A DNA stretch of 64,000 bases from Candidatus Omnitrophota bacterium (GCA_903884815.1 CAISGE010000004.1:5136-69135), one strand, 5' to 3'. Shown: positions 1 to 10,515, numbered from the stretch's first letter. Numbers and translations: made by a program. Notes: generated by a model from the letters alone, not told the origin.

Positions 1-833
1 ATCCTCGCCAGGGGTTCAAGACCGAGGGACTCCGCCCGATCACGGGTCGCGACGATGACGGCAGAACCTCCATCGGACACCGCGCAGGAATTCCCGGCCG
101 TCACTGTCCCACCTTCTTTAAACACCGCGGGCAATTGAGCGAGGGCCTTGCTATCAGTATTGGGATTAGGCCCCTCGTCAAAATCCAAGAAGTTCGCCAA
201 TCCTCCTTTTTGTGACCGACCGGAAAGCGCGATCGGAACGATCTCCGCTTTAAATCTGCCTTCTTTGACGGCACTGCAGGCCTTCTTGTGAGATTCCAGA
301 GCCCAGGCATCCTGGTCGATCCTGTTAATTCCAAATTCCACAGCCAGAGCTTCCGCCGTCTCTCCCATCATCATGCCGGACGATGGATCACGAAGTCCCT
401 CCCATAGAGTATCGATCATCTTGGAGTCACGGAGTTTCTTGCCGAACCGGAGATCCCGGTTCACGAAGGGTAAAGCCGACATCGCTTCCACACCCCCCGC
501 CAAAACCAATTCGGCATCCTCGCACAAGACCCTATGGGCTGCGCTCACAATCGACTGTAATCCTGAAGCGCAGTTCCGATTGACCGTGAATGCCGGAACC
601 CGCTGAGGGATTCCCGCCGCTAAGGCGCTTACCCGGGCCACATTATTCGCATCGGACTGTTGCGCCACACAGCCCAGGATCACTTCGTCAATGGCCTGAG
701 GGTCAAGGTGCGTTCGCTCTATAAGACCTCGAAGGACGACTTCCCCAAGCTTCTGGTTTGTAAAATCCCTGAGAGCCCCCCCCAATTTCCCTTGAGGCGT
801 GCGGACGGCTCCTGCGATGACAAGCTCTTTCAT
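1..833 (-). CDS. acetyl-CoA C-acetyltransferase (thiolase), N-terminal part only; the gene runs off the window start
   Basis: The reverse complement from 833 reads MKELVIAGAVRTPQGKLGGALRDFTNQKLGEVVLRGLIE..., a typical thiolase N-terminus. There is no stop in the window, so it is absent from the ORF track. The plus-strand ORFs at 373-857 are its shadows. Confidence 0.8.
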   Translation of the reverse strand, partial: MKELVIAGAVRTPQGKLGGALRDFTNQKLGEVVLRGLIERTHLDPQAIDEVILGCVAQQSDANNVARVSALAAGIPQRVPAFTVNRNCASGLQSIVSAAHRVLCEDAELVLAGGVEAMSALPFVNRDLRFGKKLRDSKMIDTLWEGLRDPSSGMMMGETAEALAVEFGINRIDQDAWALESHKKACSAVKEGRFKAEIVPIALSGRSQKGGLANFLDFDEGPNPNTDSKALAQLPAVFKEGGTVTAGNSCAVSDGGSAVIVATRDRAESLGLEPLAR

Positions 834-869
834 TGGGTGCTTCTCCCTATGAGATAAAAGATGACGTGT

Positions 870-2900
870 TTATTCTAGCAGAAGCTGACGCATATCCGCC
901 AGCTGTTCGCGGGCCTTTTTCATACCTTCATCGATGAATTTGCCTGGAGAGAAAAACTCGATCCAATGGGCGTTTGGCGCCGCGGCATGAATAAAAATAT
1001 CCGCCTCACTGCCTTCCATTCTCGCGATCTCAAACTCGGTAAACATGATAGAATTCATCAAGACATTAAAGATATTCGCGGTATAACGGCGCTGAACACG
1101 ATCCAAAGTCTTAGTCATCATACGCTGCCAGTACCCTTGCTTTTGAAAAGCTTGATGAAACAACTTGCGCCGGAATTCATTACGCTCGATCAGGTCCTTC
1201 GGCGCGGGCAAGACATTCACAGCAATGATCTTCCGCACACCCATATTCGACAGGATCTTCACAGGCAACGGATCCACGACCCCGCCATCGATCAAATAAC
1301 TCCCCTTGTAGGGATAAGGACGAAAAAAACCGGGGATCGAGATCGAGGCACGAACAGCGTTGATCACATTCCCGGAATCCAGAACCACTTCCTCCGAGGT
1401 CAGAAGATCCGTCGCCACCATTTTCACAGGGATCCGGAGGTCCTGAAATGTCATGTCTTTCAAATACGCGGAAAGAAAACGTGCGATCTGATTCCCTTTG
1501 AAAAACCCATGGTGGAGAGCGGAGATATCCCCGAACCCCAGGATCTTGAAGAAAGCATTCTTCTTGTCGAGCGATTTTGTAATCTTTTCGATCTCGTGAG
1601 AATCATAACCGGCGGCCCACAGAGCCGCGATAAGCGCCCCGATGCTGGACCCGGCAATAATATCGACCGGGATTTTTTCCTGTTCCAGAACGCGCAACAC
1701 GCCGATATGCGAAAGACCATATGCGGCCCCGCTTCCCAAGACAAGCCCCACCAACCTTTCCGACCATTCCTTGGCCAAAAAAGTCAGCGTTTTTTCATAC
1801 TGGTATCGCTGATACTGCAGCGACGGCAACGTGGAAAAAAGCTGTATGTCCGATGTGGAGCCGACCCCCGAGGGGCTCGAGAACTTTCCTTCTTGGGACG
1901 GCATGATGATCTTGACCTCATTACGGCCAAACCCGAAGTCCTGGCAAAGCTCCTCAACTTTTTGGGCCGCGAACGCAAAGACATCCGAACGTTTCTCGGC
2001 CCAGAGATAAACCCGGTCGGAGTAATTCAGGGCCTTGACAGCCACAGGCGTATTGCGATCAGGCAGACACACCACGAGATAATCATAGCGGTAGGTCAAG
2101 TAGGTGAGAAGCGTCGCGAACTTCTTCTCCTCCGCATTCAACGCTTCATTCACAGTAAAAGTCAATAGATCGAAGCTGTCCTCCCGAGCCTGGATCGCCT
2201 TATGGATCACGGACTCGCTGGTAGGGTCCATAGTCCCCAGATCGAAACCCGAGAAGTCTCCCCCCCGAAACACCGCGGGCAATAGGCCCATTATTTTCCC
2301 CGAGAGATCCATTAAAAGAACTTTGCTCTGCGTTTCACGCCGGAGGGTTTTAATAAAATCATCCAGAAAGGACGCCATTCCCTGGGTCGAGGCCGCGAAA
2401 TAAAAAGCCGCGATGCGAACCTCGCGACGATGATGGCTGTAGCCCAATTCTTCACGGGTCAGATGACGCCCGAGTGAACGACTCAGGTGGAGGGCGAGCG
2501 CCGGTATCTCATGAAGGAGTTTCTGGAAACTCTCAGCGCTGATTTTGAGAGCAACGGCATCCGTCTTGGCCTCAACGGAAGCGCTATGAACATTTCCAGT
2601 GAGAAGAGACGTCTCGCCAAAATGCTCCCCCCGGTAGAAAAAAAGAAGCGTGGTTTCGCTATCCCGACCCCGGCCCCGTTTAAAAAGTCGGAAACGTCCG
2701 GAGATAATGATGTAGAAAGCGTCCGGCTTCGTTCCCTCTTCATAAATGATATCGCCGCGCTTGAACCCCACAAGGCGTGAATGTTGTTCGATCAGTGCCT
2801 GTTCGTCCGCGGTGAGAGAGGAGAATAGCGTGATGGGATCCAAAAGATAGCCCTCTTTGAACTCGGGCTTATTTTTTTTGCCAAAGGAAAAGAAATTCAT
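870..2900 (-). CDS. cyclic-nucleotide-binding domain plus patatin-like phospholipase (NTE-like)
   Basis: The N-terminus has a cNMP-binding fold (FKRGDIIYEEGTKPDAFYIIISGRF...GETSLLTG). The C-terminus has the patatin GxGxxG (LGSGAAYG), a GSSIG nucleophile motif and a DGG motif (LIDGGVVDPLP). Confidence 0.8.
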   Translation of the reverse strand: MNFFSFGKKNKPEFKEGYLLDPITLFSSLTADEQALIEQHSRLVGFKRGDIIYEEGTKPDAFYIIISGRFRLFKRGRGRDSETTLLFFYRGEHFGETSLLTGNVHSASVEAKTDAVALKISAESFQKLLHEIPALALHLSRSLGRHLTREELGYSHHRREVRIAAFYFAASTQGMASFLDDFIKTLRRETQSKVLLMDLSGKIMGLLPAVFRGGDFSGFDLGTMDPTSESVIHKAIQAREDSFDLLTFTVNEALNAEEKKFATLLTYLTYRYDYLVVCLPDRNTPVAVKALNYSDRVYLWAEKRSDVFAFAAQKVEELCQDFGFGRNEVKIIMPSQEGKFSSPSGVGSTSDIQLFSTLPSLQYQRYQYEKTLTFLAKEWSERLVGLVLGSGAAYGLSHIGVLRVLEQEKIPVDIIAGSSIGALIAALWAAGYDSHEIEKITKSLDKKNAFFKILGFGDISALHHGFFKGNQIARFLSAYLKDMTFQDLRIPVKMVATDLLTSEEVVLDSGNVINAVRASISIPGFFRPYPYKGSYLIDGGVVDPLPVKILSNMGVRKIIAVNVLPAPKDLIERNEFRRKLFHQAFQKQGYWQRMMTKTLDRVQRRYTANIFNVLMNSIMFTEFEIARMEGSEADIFIHAAAPNAHWIEFFSPGKFIDEGMKKAREQLADMRQLLLE

Positions 2901-3051
2901 GATATTTATGTATCGGCAGGAAAGTCTATCCCCTTATAGGGACCATACCAAGAAAGGGCCACGCCTTATTAAGGCTATTAAGTGCGGGGGAGAACGTTCT
3001 GATCTTAATCGGCAGAGCGAAAACGGAAGCCTAACTCAGGCGATCAAACGA

Positions 3052-3441
3052 CTACCACTCCTGAACGCTTTCAGGATCTGCATAATCATTGACCTTGGTT
3101 TCCAGCCAATGGTTATAGGCATAATCCAGAACGCGGAATTTATCCACGGGATCCATATTCTGCAGTTGAACCCCTTGGTCAAACCCCTGGTCCGTGCCAT
3201 CGGAAGGTCGCGACCACATGACAAGTCCCGTGCTAAAAATAGGCTTAGGATCGTCAGGAATCGTGATCTCAAGGTCCAAGCGGGTCCCCTCAGGCAGGGA
3301 TTTTTCCAAATTGATCTTTAATCCTTCGCGGCAAAGGTCCCGGCTCAAGCCGACCCCTTTGATGGATGTTGATTCGGTTCCAGTGTACTTCACACTCATG
3401 TAAGCGTCGAAGCGCTTGAACCTTCGTTTATCACTTTCCAT
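3052..3441 (-). CDS. PilZ-domain protein (c-di-GMP receptor-like)
   Basis: N-terminal RRFKR (RxxxR) motif; size and a beta-barrel-like sequence pattern consistent with PilZ. The second DxSxxG motif is imperfect. Confidence 0.55.
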   Translation of the reverse strand: MESDKRRFKRFDAYMSVKYTGTESTSIKGVGLSRDLCREGLKINLEKSLPEGTRLDLEITIPDDPKPIFSTGLVMWSRPSDGTDQGFDQGVQLQNMDPVDKFRVLDYAYNHWLETKVNDYADPESVQEW

Positions 3442-3691
3442 GTCCCGCTCCTTTACTTTTTATACTTTCGCATTTAGAGGAAATAATTCTATTCTCTTCG
3501 AATTGATTATCGGCTTGTTCTGTGATTAATTAATGCATTACCGCATCATCCAACGAAAAATTAACACATGGCTGTGAAATTAGCAAGGCCCTGAGGTGTT
3601 ATTTATTGCAAAAAGTCTGCTCGGAATAAAAGCCTCCGAACGACCCAAACAAGCGACCAAAAAGCGCCGCAACTCTTTATAATTAAAAGGG

Positions 3692-4189
3692 TTATCGAAA
3701 GTTTGTAAACTGAATTGGGAGGGTTAAAGGAGCTGTCCTCAAATGTTGCATGACAGACTGGAGGTCGTCTTTATTCTTAGAGGTCACTCGAATCTCATCT
3801 CCCTGGATGGCGGCCTGAACTTTCACGGGAAGATCCTTTATAATCTTCACGATCTCTTTAGCTTTCTCTTGCGAGATTCCTTGCGTCAGAGCCACTTCCT
3901 GGCGGAGACAGCCATCAAAAGCTTTCTCGGCGGTCATAAACTCCAGAGACTTCTGGGAAATCTTCCGGCTAGCAAACCTTGTCCTGAGAATGTCCTGGAG
4001 ATTCCTCAATTTCATATCATCATCCGCGATGATCTGGATCTTCTTTTCATCCTTCAGGAATTCCAACGTGCTTTTGCTCCCCTTGAAATCAAAACGGGTC
4101 GCGAGCTCTTTTTTGGCCTGGTTCACAGCATTGTCGACTTCCTGGAGATCGATCTGTGAAACAATATCAAAAGAGGGCTGCTGCGCCAT
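3692..4189 (-). CDS. yajQ: YajQ-family nucleotide-binding protein (UPF0234)
   Basis: MAQQPSFDIVSQIDLQEVDNAVNQAKKELATRFDFKGSKS... matches the YajQ family over its full length of about 165 aa. Confidence 0.85.
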   Translation of the reverse strand: MAQQPSFDIVSQIDLQEVDNAVNQAKKELATRFDFKGSKSTLEFLKDEKKIQIIADDDMKLRNLQDILRTRFASRKISQKSLEFMTAEKAFDGCLRQEVALTQGISQEKAKEIVKIIKDLPVKVQAAIQGDEIRVTSKNKDDLQSVMQHLRTAPLTLPIQFTNFR

Positions 4190-4201
4190 GGGGTAGAGCC
4201 G

Positions 4202-4570
4202 TCAGGAGTTTTTTGTGGGAGGCGTGATAAAAGCATGCAAACGTTTGCGGGAGAATTCATCCATATCCAAAAACTCAAACCCTGTATCAAAATTCTTTTT
4301 TGAAGTCTTGCGTTCCTGACTCGGGATCACCCAAACACAACGACCTGTGCACTGAACCGGCGTCTCCCCGTCCTTCAGTTCAAGGCTGATTTTGCAGCGA
4401 TCAAACCGCTCCAGAGGTTCGGGAAGCATGAGCGAAACTCCCCCCATCCCGACATCCTCCGTACTTGCAGAAAAAGTCTTCTGCTTTCCAACGGGCTGGA
4501 TCTGAACCTCGCAGGTGAGATGAAGCCTTGGAAATTTACGTTTATTAAATCCATCCCACAAAGAATTCAT
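4202..4570 (-). CDS. PilZ-domain protein
   Basis: RKFPR (RxxxR) near the N-terminus and a DVGMGG (DxSxxG-like) motif. It lies 12 nt upstream of yajQ. Confidence 0.6.
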   Translation of the reverse strand: MNSLWDGFNKRKFPRLHLTCEVQIQPVGKQKTFSASTEDVGMGGVSLMLPEPLERFDRCKISLELKDGETPVQCTGRCVWVIPSQERKTSKKNFDTGFEFLDMDEFSRKRLHAFITPPTKNS

Positions 4571-5541
4571 GTCTTAGTCGCCTTCACAAAAGCATCCTGA
4601 AAAGGCCGCGCCACATCTTTTGTTTTGAATTTTGAAAGATGCGCCTGTGCTTCGGCCTCCGTGCGAAAACTCCCGATCAGCACCAGGTAAAACAGACGGC
4701 CGCTCGGCCTCGAGTTCTCCTTTACGAAAGCGGGAACTCCCGCCTTCTTGAAAGAAGCCACGATCTGTTCCGCATCGGATCGCGTCGGGTAGGTGACCAC
4801 TTGAATAACATAGGAGTTCTTGACCGGCGCCGGCGTCACCGTGACATCTGCGGGGCCAGAAGTGCGCGGCGCAAAAGCAACTTTTGGCTTCACCGAAGCC
4901 GCAGTGTTAACGACAGAAGACACAGAAGACGGAATTACTGCCTGAGCCGGAGCCGGGGCATGTTCTCGGGGCATGTTGTAACGCACGCGCAGGGCCACTT
5001 CCCGCTGAGAATTGAGCGCATTAACACCGAAGAAAAGAAGGAAGACAACAAGGATAGCCCCTCCCCACACAAGTCCACGCCTCAGCATGGAATGCTTCGG
5101 ACTTAGAAGGTTTTTGCAAATCGCAACAACAGAATTCATCAGTTGCTGCTGGGGGCGATTCGAAGCCGTGCGGGCCGAAGCATCCGCAAAAGAGGAGGCA
5201 TTCAATTGCGAAGTGGTCCGACTTTCAAAATCATGAAGCGGCACATAGCGGGGCGCATTGTCAGACGACCGCTTCTCAGCAACCGACGCAGGGGGTTCTA
5301 CCTCGGGAGTGGTCAGAGACCCTTTCGATTGAAAAAAAAGGTCCTCGACAGGGTCTTTATCGGAGATCGCTTTTCGCGAAGGCGTCGGTGTAACCACGGG
5401 ATCGCTGAAACGCTCCCGCTCCCCAATCGCAACGTGGGGAACCTGAGAAAGAATGTCTCCGTATAGTTTTTTCTGGATCTCAGATTCTGTCAACACGGAA
5501 TCCGAACCTGCATTGGCTCTCTTTTTCTGAAAAAACCCCAT
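4567..5541 (-). CDS. SPOR-domain membrane protein
   Basis: A single TM segment (LVWGGAILVVFLLFFGV) and a C-terminal SPOR fold (YVIQVVTYPTRSDAEQIVASFKKAGVPAFV...LVLIGSFRTEAEA). The start is moved to the internal ATG at 5539-5541 to avoid overlapping the GNAT gene. Confidence 0.7.
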   Translation of the reverse strand: MGFFQKKRANAGSDSVLTESEIQKKLYGDILSQVPHVAIGERERFSDPVVTPTPSRKAISDKDPVEDLFFQSKGSLTTPEVEPPASVAEKRSSDNAPRYVPLHDFESRTTSQLNASSFADASARTASNRPQQQLMNSVVAICKNLLSPKHSMLRRGLVWGGAILVVFLLFFGVNALNSQREVALRVRYNMPREHAPAPAQAVIPSSVSSVVNTAASVKPKVAFAPRTSGPADVTVTPAPVKNSYVIQVVTYPTRSDAEQIVASFKKAGVPAFVKENSRPSGRLFYLVLIGSFRTEAEAQAHLSKFKTKDVARPFQDAFVKATKT

Positions 5542-5542
5542 G

Positions 5543-6040
5543 CTAGTCTTTCCCTTTCCCGGCATGAGCCGCCTCACGAAGCGACAGCGACAACTTGATC
5601 AGCTCGACAGGTCCCAAAACGATGTGGGCACGCTGCGCAAAACCGTTCTTGCGACAAAGCTCGATCGCCCCCGACATCCGGGAGGTCGTTTTAAAGACGA
5701 CCTCTTCATACCCGACTTCCCGGCAAAACTCCAGGGCCCGATCGATCAAACGCTTGCCGATTTTCAGATTACGATGCGTCGGAGCGACAAAGAGCCTGCG
5801 CAACAACGCGACGCGCCCATCCTCTTTCTTGATCGCGACTGTCCCGACAATTTTATGAGACTGATTTTCCACCGCGACAAAGAATGCCTCGCCGATCCCC
5901 CCGTAGGCTTTCTCAATACACTCAACGTCCTCGGTAGGATACGCGTGTTTCGCATCATGGAATTCCCGGTCCATTATTCCGCAGATAAGTTCCACAACAG
6001 CGGAGTCATCGTCTTTAACCGACCTTCGGATCGTGATCAT
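5543..6040 (-). CDS. GNAT family N-acetyltransferase
   Basis: Acetyl-CoA binding motif A: VAPTHRNLKIGKRLIDRALEF. Typical GNAT length. Confidence 0.8.
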   Translation of the reverse strand: MITIRRSVKDDDSAVVELICGIMDREFHDAKHAYPTEDVECIEKAYGGIGEAFFVAVENQSHKIVGTVAIKKEDGRVALLRRLFVAPTHRNLKIGKRLIDRALEFCREVGYEEVVFKTTSRMSGAIELCRKNGFAQRAHIVLGPVELIKLSLSLREAAHAGKGKD

Positions 6041-6059
6041 AAGACTCAGTTAAACTCCA

Positions 6060-6347
6060 TTAGGATTTCTTAGCGGGGGCCGCCGTCTTCCCGGCTGCGG
6101 GTTTTGCGCCAGCGGCGGGAGCTGCTGCCGCGCCAGGAGCCGCAACTCCGTCAGCCGCCGCAACTTTGGCTTCCTTGACCTTCTTCATCTTGACTTTCAT
6201 CGACTTGACCTTCGGAAGATTGTAGGCTGTGTCGCGCGTGCTCCACTTGCCCATCTCCTGAAGTTTTTTGACGCGCTCGAGGCGCTTGAACACATTGCGA
6301 TGCTTGGCTCCGACGCTGTCAGAACGCAGGCTGGGATGTTGAGACAT
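6060..6347 (-). CDS. small basic protein with K/A/P-rich histone-H1-like C-terminal tail
   Basis: A GGAG sits about 11 nt upstream of the internal ATG. The C-terminal tail is KVKMKKVKEAKVAAADGVAAPGAAAAPAAGAKPAAGKTAAPAKKS. The annotated 128-aa ORF has a non-coding-looking N-extension. Confidence 0.5.
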   Translation of the reverse strand: MSQHPSLRSDSVGAKHRNVFKRLERVKKLQEMGKWSTRDTAYNLPKVKSMKVKMKKVKEAKVAAADGVAAPGAAAAPAAGAKPAAGKTAAPAKKS

Positions 6348-6579
6348 AAGACAATGAACTCCTTTGTTTTTTATTGGATCGTTCCGAGCAGCAATTCTGC
6401 TAGAGGACCGTATTATACTGATGCTCCGTAAAATGGCTAGTCCCAATTCTAATCAATTTCAGTTCATCTGACCTGAGCAAACCTTGTCCACGATTTATCA
6501 GGGGAAGAGAAGACACGAAACTCTGGAAAGATCCCGCGAAAGTTATTTATCGAGATTTCCCAGAAATAAAAAAGGACGC

Positions 6580-7185
6580 TCAGCGAACCATCGGCCGGAC
6601 GTACGCATCCCCCGACACGAGATTCTGTGTGCGCAACTGCTTGAGGATCTTGTTGGCATCCTGGCGAGACTGGAAAGCGGCAATACAAACCTGAAGATGC
6701 TTCCCGCTCGGGATGATAAAGGAGTTATACCCCCTTTGAGCAAGCTTCTGGATCTCACGATCCGCGGCCGATTGGGTGATGTAAGTCACATGCTGGATCG
6801 TGAATTTTCCGTCGGGCCGGGTCACTGTCGCAACAGGTCTGGGTAACTCCGCCACAGTGATAGGAACTTCTTTAGGCACGGATTCATCACGCAAAACAAC
6901 AGCGCTCGTTTTAACAGCAGGAACAACCACGGGTGCAGAAACAGCGGGCAACACATCCGACTGAGCGATCGGGGTGATCACCTGGCTTTCGTGAGTAAGT
7001 CTCTTCCCCTTTTCAACCCCCCAGGAAAAAGCAAGCACATAGAAAACAAGCAGCGCCAGCGTCAGCCCGATCGTCTGGTCCAAACGCAAAGTCAGGAATT
7101 TAATTTCAAGAAAAGAACTTCGAGAAACCACCGGCTCGTCCGAAAGCGTCCGTGGGGTGGGTAGATCAAACAATTCAGTTTGCAT
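6580..7185 (-). CDS. SPOR-domain membrane protein
   Basis: A GGAGG sits 8 nt upstream of ATG at 7183-7185 (MQTELFDL...). One TM segment; C-terminal SPOR fold (KFTIQHVTYITQSAADREIQKLAQRGYNSFII...). Confidence 0.7.
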   Translation of the reverse strand: MQTELFDLPTPRTLSDEPVVSRSSFLEIKFLTLRLDQTIGLTLALLVFYVLAFSWGVEKGKRLTHESQVITPIAQSDVLPAVSAPVVVPAVKTSAVVLRDESVPKEVPITVAELPRPVATVTRPDGKFTIQHVTYITQSAADREIQKLAQRGYNSFIIPSGKHLQVCIAAFQSRQDANKILKQLRTQNLVSGDAYVRPMVR

Positions 7186-7294
7186 TTTAGTTTCCTCCGC
7201 ACATTCATTTACGGCAAAGCGCACGGAAAGATTTAGCAAAAACTAGCGGAAAGATGAAGAAAAAAGACGAGAAAAAATGCTACGGAGTAACGCT

Positions 7295-7339
7295 CGATGG
7301 CGGATGAAGAAAACTGTTCACTTCCTTCATCCGCCATCG
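7295..7339 (-). terminator. candidate intrinsic terminator after lepB
   Basis: Perfect 15-bp inverted repeat CGATGGCGGATGAAG / CTTCATCCGCCATCG with a 15-nt loop. On the minus-sense RNA a T-rich run (CATTTTTTCTCGTCTTTTTTCTTC) begins 16 nt after the stem. Confidence 0.35.
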
Positions 7340-7350
7340 AAGGTTCAGTT

Positions 7351-8007
7351 TTATTTGGCGAGTTTGATCCTCTGTGGAGGCCACCAGATCATAAAGGCTT
7401 TTCCGACAAGATTTTTCTTGGGAACAAATCCCCACTGACGGCTGTCGGCCGAATGCGCCGAATTGTCGCCCAATGCGAAGTATTGTCCTTCGGGCACGCG
7501 AATCACAAGACCGGATTTTCCATATTGCCAGTCTTCGAAGTTGTAGTAGTGATTCTTGGAAAACGGCGGCTCAGTAATCGGTTTTCCGTTCACGATCAAA
7601 ACTCCATTGCGAATCTCCAGCGCGTCCCCGGGGAGTCCTGCCAGACGTTTCACAAAATCTTTTTTCGGGTCCACCGGATACTTGAAGACAATGATGTCAC
7701 CGCGCTCCGGCGAGTGGAAACGATAGCTCAACTTATCGACAAATATCTTGTCTTCTTCCATGAACGTGGGCTTCATGGAACCGGTCGGAATTTTGTAAGG
7801 CCCAAAGATGAACGTGCGGATAATAATGGCCAGCACCGCGGCCACAAGAAGGGGTTCCCCCCATTCCTTCCAAAACATAAAAAGTCCGCGCTTCGAATAA
7901 CGGATCAAGTAATAGGCGATCATGACCCCAAGGGCCACAACCCCGAGCATCAGCATGTGTATCGTTTGAGCATCCATATTTTCTAGCATATAAATACTGT
8001 TCTCCAT
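7351..8007 (-). CDS. lepB: signal peptidase I
   Basis: GSMKPTF (catalytic Ser), GDIIVF, RLAGLPGD and GDNSAHSADSR boxes. Confidence 0.9.
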   Translation of the reverse strand: MENSIYMLENMDAQTIHMLMLGVVALGVMIAYYLIRYSKRGLFMFWKEWGEPLLVAAVLAIIIRTFIFGPYKIPTGSMKPTFMEEDKIFVDKLSYRFHSPERGDIIVFKYPVDPKKDFVKRLAGLPGDALEIRNGVLIVNGKPITEPPFSKNHYYNFEDWQYGKSGLVIRVPEGQYFALGDNSAHSADSRQWGFVPKKNLVGKAFMIWWPPQRIKLAK

Positions 8008-8068
8008 TTGATATTAAGGGTTAACAGTACCATCCCGCCTTCCCCTTAAATTGAACTGTCAGGCGGTA

Positions 8069-9853
8069 TCAGTCCACCTTCAAAATACTGATAAAAGCTT
8101 CTTGCGGGAGCTCCACTGTTCCGATCTGTTTCATGCGCTTCTTCCCTTCTTTCTGCTTTTCCCAAAGCTTGCGCTTACGTGTGATATCGCCGCCATAACA
8201 TTTGGCGGTCACATTTTTCTTGATCGCCGCGATCGAATCGCGAGCGATGATCTTCGCACCGATCGCCGCCTGGATCACAACCTCGAACATTTGCCGTGGG
8301 ATCACTTCCTTGAGTTTCTCCACGAGGGCCTTCCCCCGAGGGTAGGCCTTTTCCTTCCAGGTGATGATCGCGAGTGAGTCGATCGGTTCGCCATTGATCA
8401 AAATGTCCATTTTGACAAGGTCGGAGGGTTTATGCCCGATAAAATCATAATTAAGCGACCCATACCCGGCGGTAAACGACTTGATCTTGTCATAAAAATC
8501 CATCACGATCTCAGCGAACGGAATGTCATAGGTGACCACCGCGCGTTTCGTATCGAGATATTCCGTACTCTTGTACGTCCCCCGACGGTCCTGGCAAAGT
8601 TGCATGATCACCCCGAGCGCCGTGGTCGGGATCATCACGTGAGCCCGGATGTAGGGCTCCTCGATAATCTCGATCTGCTGGACCGGAGGCAGGTTGGTCG
8701 GATTCTCGATCTCGAGGATCTCGCCTTTTGTTGTCAGCACTTTGTAGACCACGCTCGGCGCTGTGATGATCAATGCGAGATTAAACTCCCGCTCGAGCCG
8801 CTCTTTGATAATGTCCATATGAAGAAGCCCGAGAAATCCGCAGCGGTATCCGTGCCCGAGCGACGCCGAAGATTCCGGCTCATAGACGAAGGAAGAATCA
8901 TTGAGACGCAGCTTCGCGAGAGCGTCCCTCAAGAGCGCAAAGTCATTGGCCTGAATGGGATAAAGGCCGCAAAAAACCATGGGTTTTACTTCCTGATACC
9001 CCGGCAAAGGCTCCGTGGCAGGATTGAGGGCGAGCGTCATCGTATCCCCGATCTTGACCTCCGAAATATCCTTAATGTTCGCGTTCATGTAGCCGACCGC
9101 GCCGACCCCCAACTCGTCGACCACTTCGGGATTGGGATTAAAAATACCGACCTGATCCACTTCGTGCTGGTTGTGGGTCTGCATCATCAAAACCTGGTCA
9201 TGCGTGCGGAGTTTTCCGTCAATAATACGGAAATAGGCCACGACCCCCTGATAACTGTCGAACTTGGAATCGAATATAAGGGCACGGAGCGGCTTTTCCA
9301 TATCGCCCTGGGGCGGAGGGATCTTCTCAAGGATCGCCGTCAGGATCTCCTCGGTGCCTTCCCCCGTCTTCGCGCTTGAGAGAATAATTTCACTTCCATC
9401 GACTCCCAGAAAGTCGACGATCTCTTTTCGCACACGCTCCGGTTCGGCGGTCGGAAGATCGATCTTCGTGATAATAGGAATGATCTTGAGATTCCGTTCC
9501 ATCGCCAGATAAAGATTCGTCACGGTCTGAGCCTGGATCCCCTGCCCGGCATCCACGAGAAGCAGTACGCCTTCACAGGACGCGAGACTTTTGGAAACCT
9601 CATAGGTGAAATCAATATGTCCCGGCGTGTCGATCAGGTTCAGCCAGTGGTCCTTGTAATGGATACGCACAGCACGGGCCTTGATCGTGATACCGCGCTC
9701 ACGCTCCAGCTCCATGTCATCCAGGATCTGAGCTCTAAATTCACGCTGGGAGATAGCCCCGGTATGGAGTAGCAGACGGTCAGCGAGCGTAGACTTCCCG
9801 TGGTCAATATGGGCAATAATGGAAAAGTTGCGGATCTGGGCGGGATTTATCAT
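8069..9853 (-). CDS. lepA: elongation factor 4 (LepA)
   Basis: [23 protein letters not shown]-domain; full-length LepA architecture. Lies upstream of lepB. Confidence 0.95.
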   Translation of the reverse strand: MINPAQIRNFSIIAHIDHGKSTLADRLLLHTGAISQREFRAQILDDMELERERGITIKARAVRIHYKDHWLNLIDTPGHIDFTYEVSKSLASCEGVLLLVDAGQGIQAQTVTNLYLAMERNLKIIPIITKIDLPTAEPERVRKEIVDFLGVDGSEIILSSAKTGEGTEEILTAILEKIPPPQGDMEKPLRALIFDSKFDSYQGVVAYFRIIDGKLRTHDQVLMMQTHNQHEVDQVGIFNPNPEVVDELGVGAVGYMNANIKDISEVKIGDTMTLALNPATEPLPGYQEVKPMVFCGLYPIQANDFALLRDALAKLRLNDSSFVYEPESSASLGHGYRCGFLGLLHMDIIKERLEREFNLALIITAPSVVYKVLTTKGEILEIENPTNLPPVQQIEIIEEPYIRAHVMIPTTALGVIMQLCQDRRGTYKSTEYLDTKRAVVTYDIPFAEIVMDFYDKIKSFTAGYGSLNYDFIGHKPSDLVKMDILINGEPIDSLAIITWKEKAYPRGKALVEKLKEVIPRQMFEVVIQAAIGAKIIARDSIAAIKKNVTAKCYGGDITRKRKLWEKQKEGKKRMKQIGTVELPQEAFISILKVD

Positions 9854-9855
9854 GA

Positions 9856-10506
9856 TCAGGAATTCTGGGCGGCGTCCCTGAGTTCGCGCATCGCCGCGCC
9901 GCGGTCCGGCTTTCCAAAAACCGAGCTCCCAGCGACAAGCAGGTCCGCTCCAGCGAGAACCACCTGAGAAGCGTTTCCGGCAGTGATGCCGCCGTCCACG
10001 GAAATAAGACCTTCAAACTTCGAGCGCAGAACCTTGACCTTCTCCATCATGTCCGGCATAAACTTCTGCCCGCCGAATCCCGGCTCCACGGACATCACGA
10101 GAACCATATCAAGCTCCGGGAGATAAGGAAGTACGGTCTCAACCGGCGTTTTCGGTCGAAGCGAAAGCCCGGTCTTGGCTCCTGACTCACGGATCATGCG
10201 GAGTACGCCGTGAATATCTTTTTCTGCCTCCACGTGGACCGTGATCCAGTCCGCGCCCGCCTTACGGAATTCCGCGACATAACGGGACGGCGTATCGATC
10301 ATCAGATGCACATCAAGCGGCAATTCCGTGACCCGGTGGACCGCGGCAACCACAAGGGGCCCGATCGTGATATTCGGCACAAAGCTACCGTCCATCACAT
10401 CGATATGAAGCGCGTCACATCCGGCGTTCTCGACATCGCGGACTTCTTCGGCCAAACGGCTAAAATCCGCCGAAAGCAAACTGGGGGCGATCAGGATCTT
10501 TTTCAC
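9856..10506 (-). CDS. rpe: ribulose-phosphate 3-epimerase
   Basis: [17 protein letters not shown]...[22 protein letters not shown]. Confidence 0.9.
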   Translation of the reverse strand: MKKILIAPSLLSADFSRLAEEVRDVENAGCDALHIDVMDGSFVPNITIGPLVVAAVHRVTELPLDVHLMIDTPSRYVAEFRKAGADWITVHVEAEKDIHGVLRMIRESGAKTGLSLRPKTPVETVLPYLPELDMVLVMSVEPGFGGQKFMPDMMEKVKVLRSKFEGLISVDGGITAGNASQVVLAGADLLVAGSSVFGKPDRGAAMRELRDAAQNS

Positions 10507-10515
10507 GCAGACACC

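Noticed and set aside
966-2168. 400-aa plus-strand ORF, plus other long plus-strand ORFs (8432-9379, 13719-14513, 18204-18926, 25384-26193, 48207-49043, 49477-50271, 59919-60896, 62681-63376)
   Set aside because: All lie antisense inside strong minus-strand genes with clear family motifs. Their translations are Arg/Pro/His-rich low-complexity typical of shadow ORFs in GC-rich DNA.
2857-3321. 154-aa plus-strand ORF overlapping the first PilZ gene
   Set aside because: The minus-strand frame gives a PilZ-like protein with an RxxxR motif and sensible spacing to neighbours. The plus-strand translation has no features.
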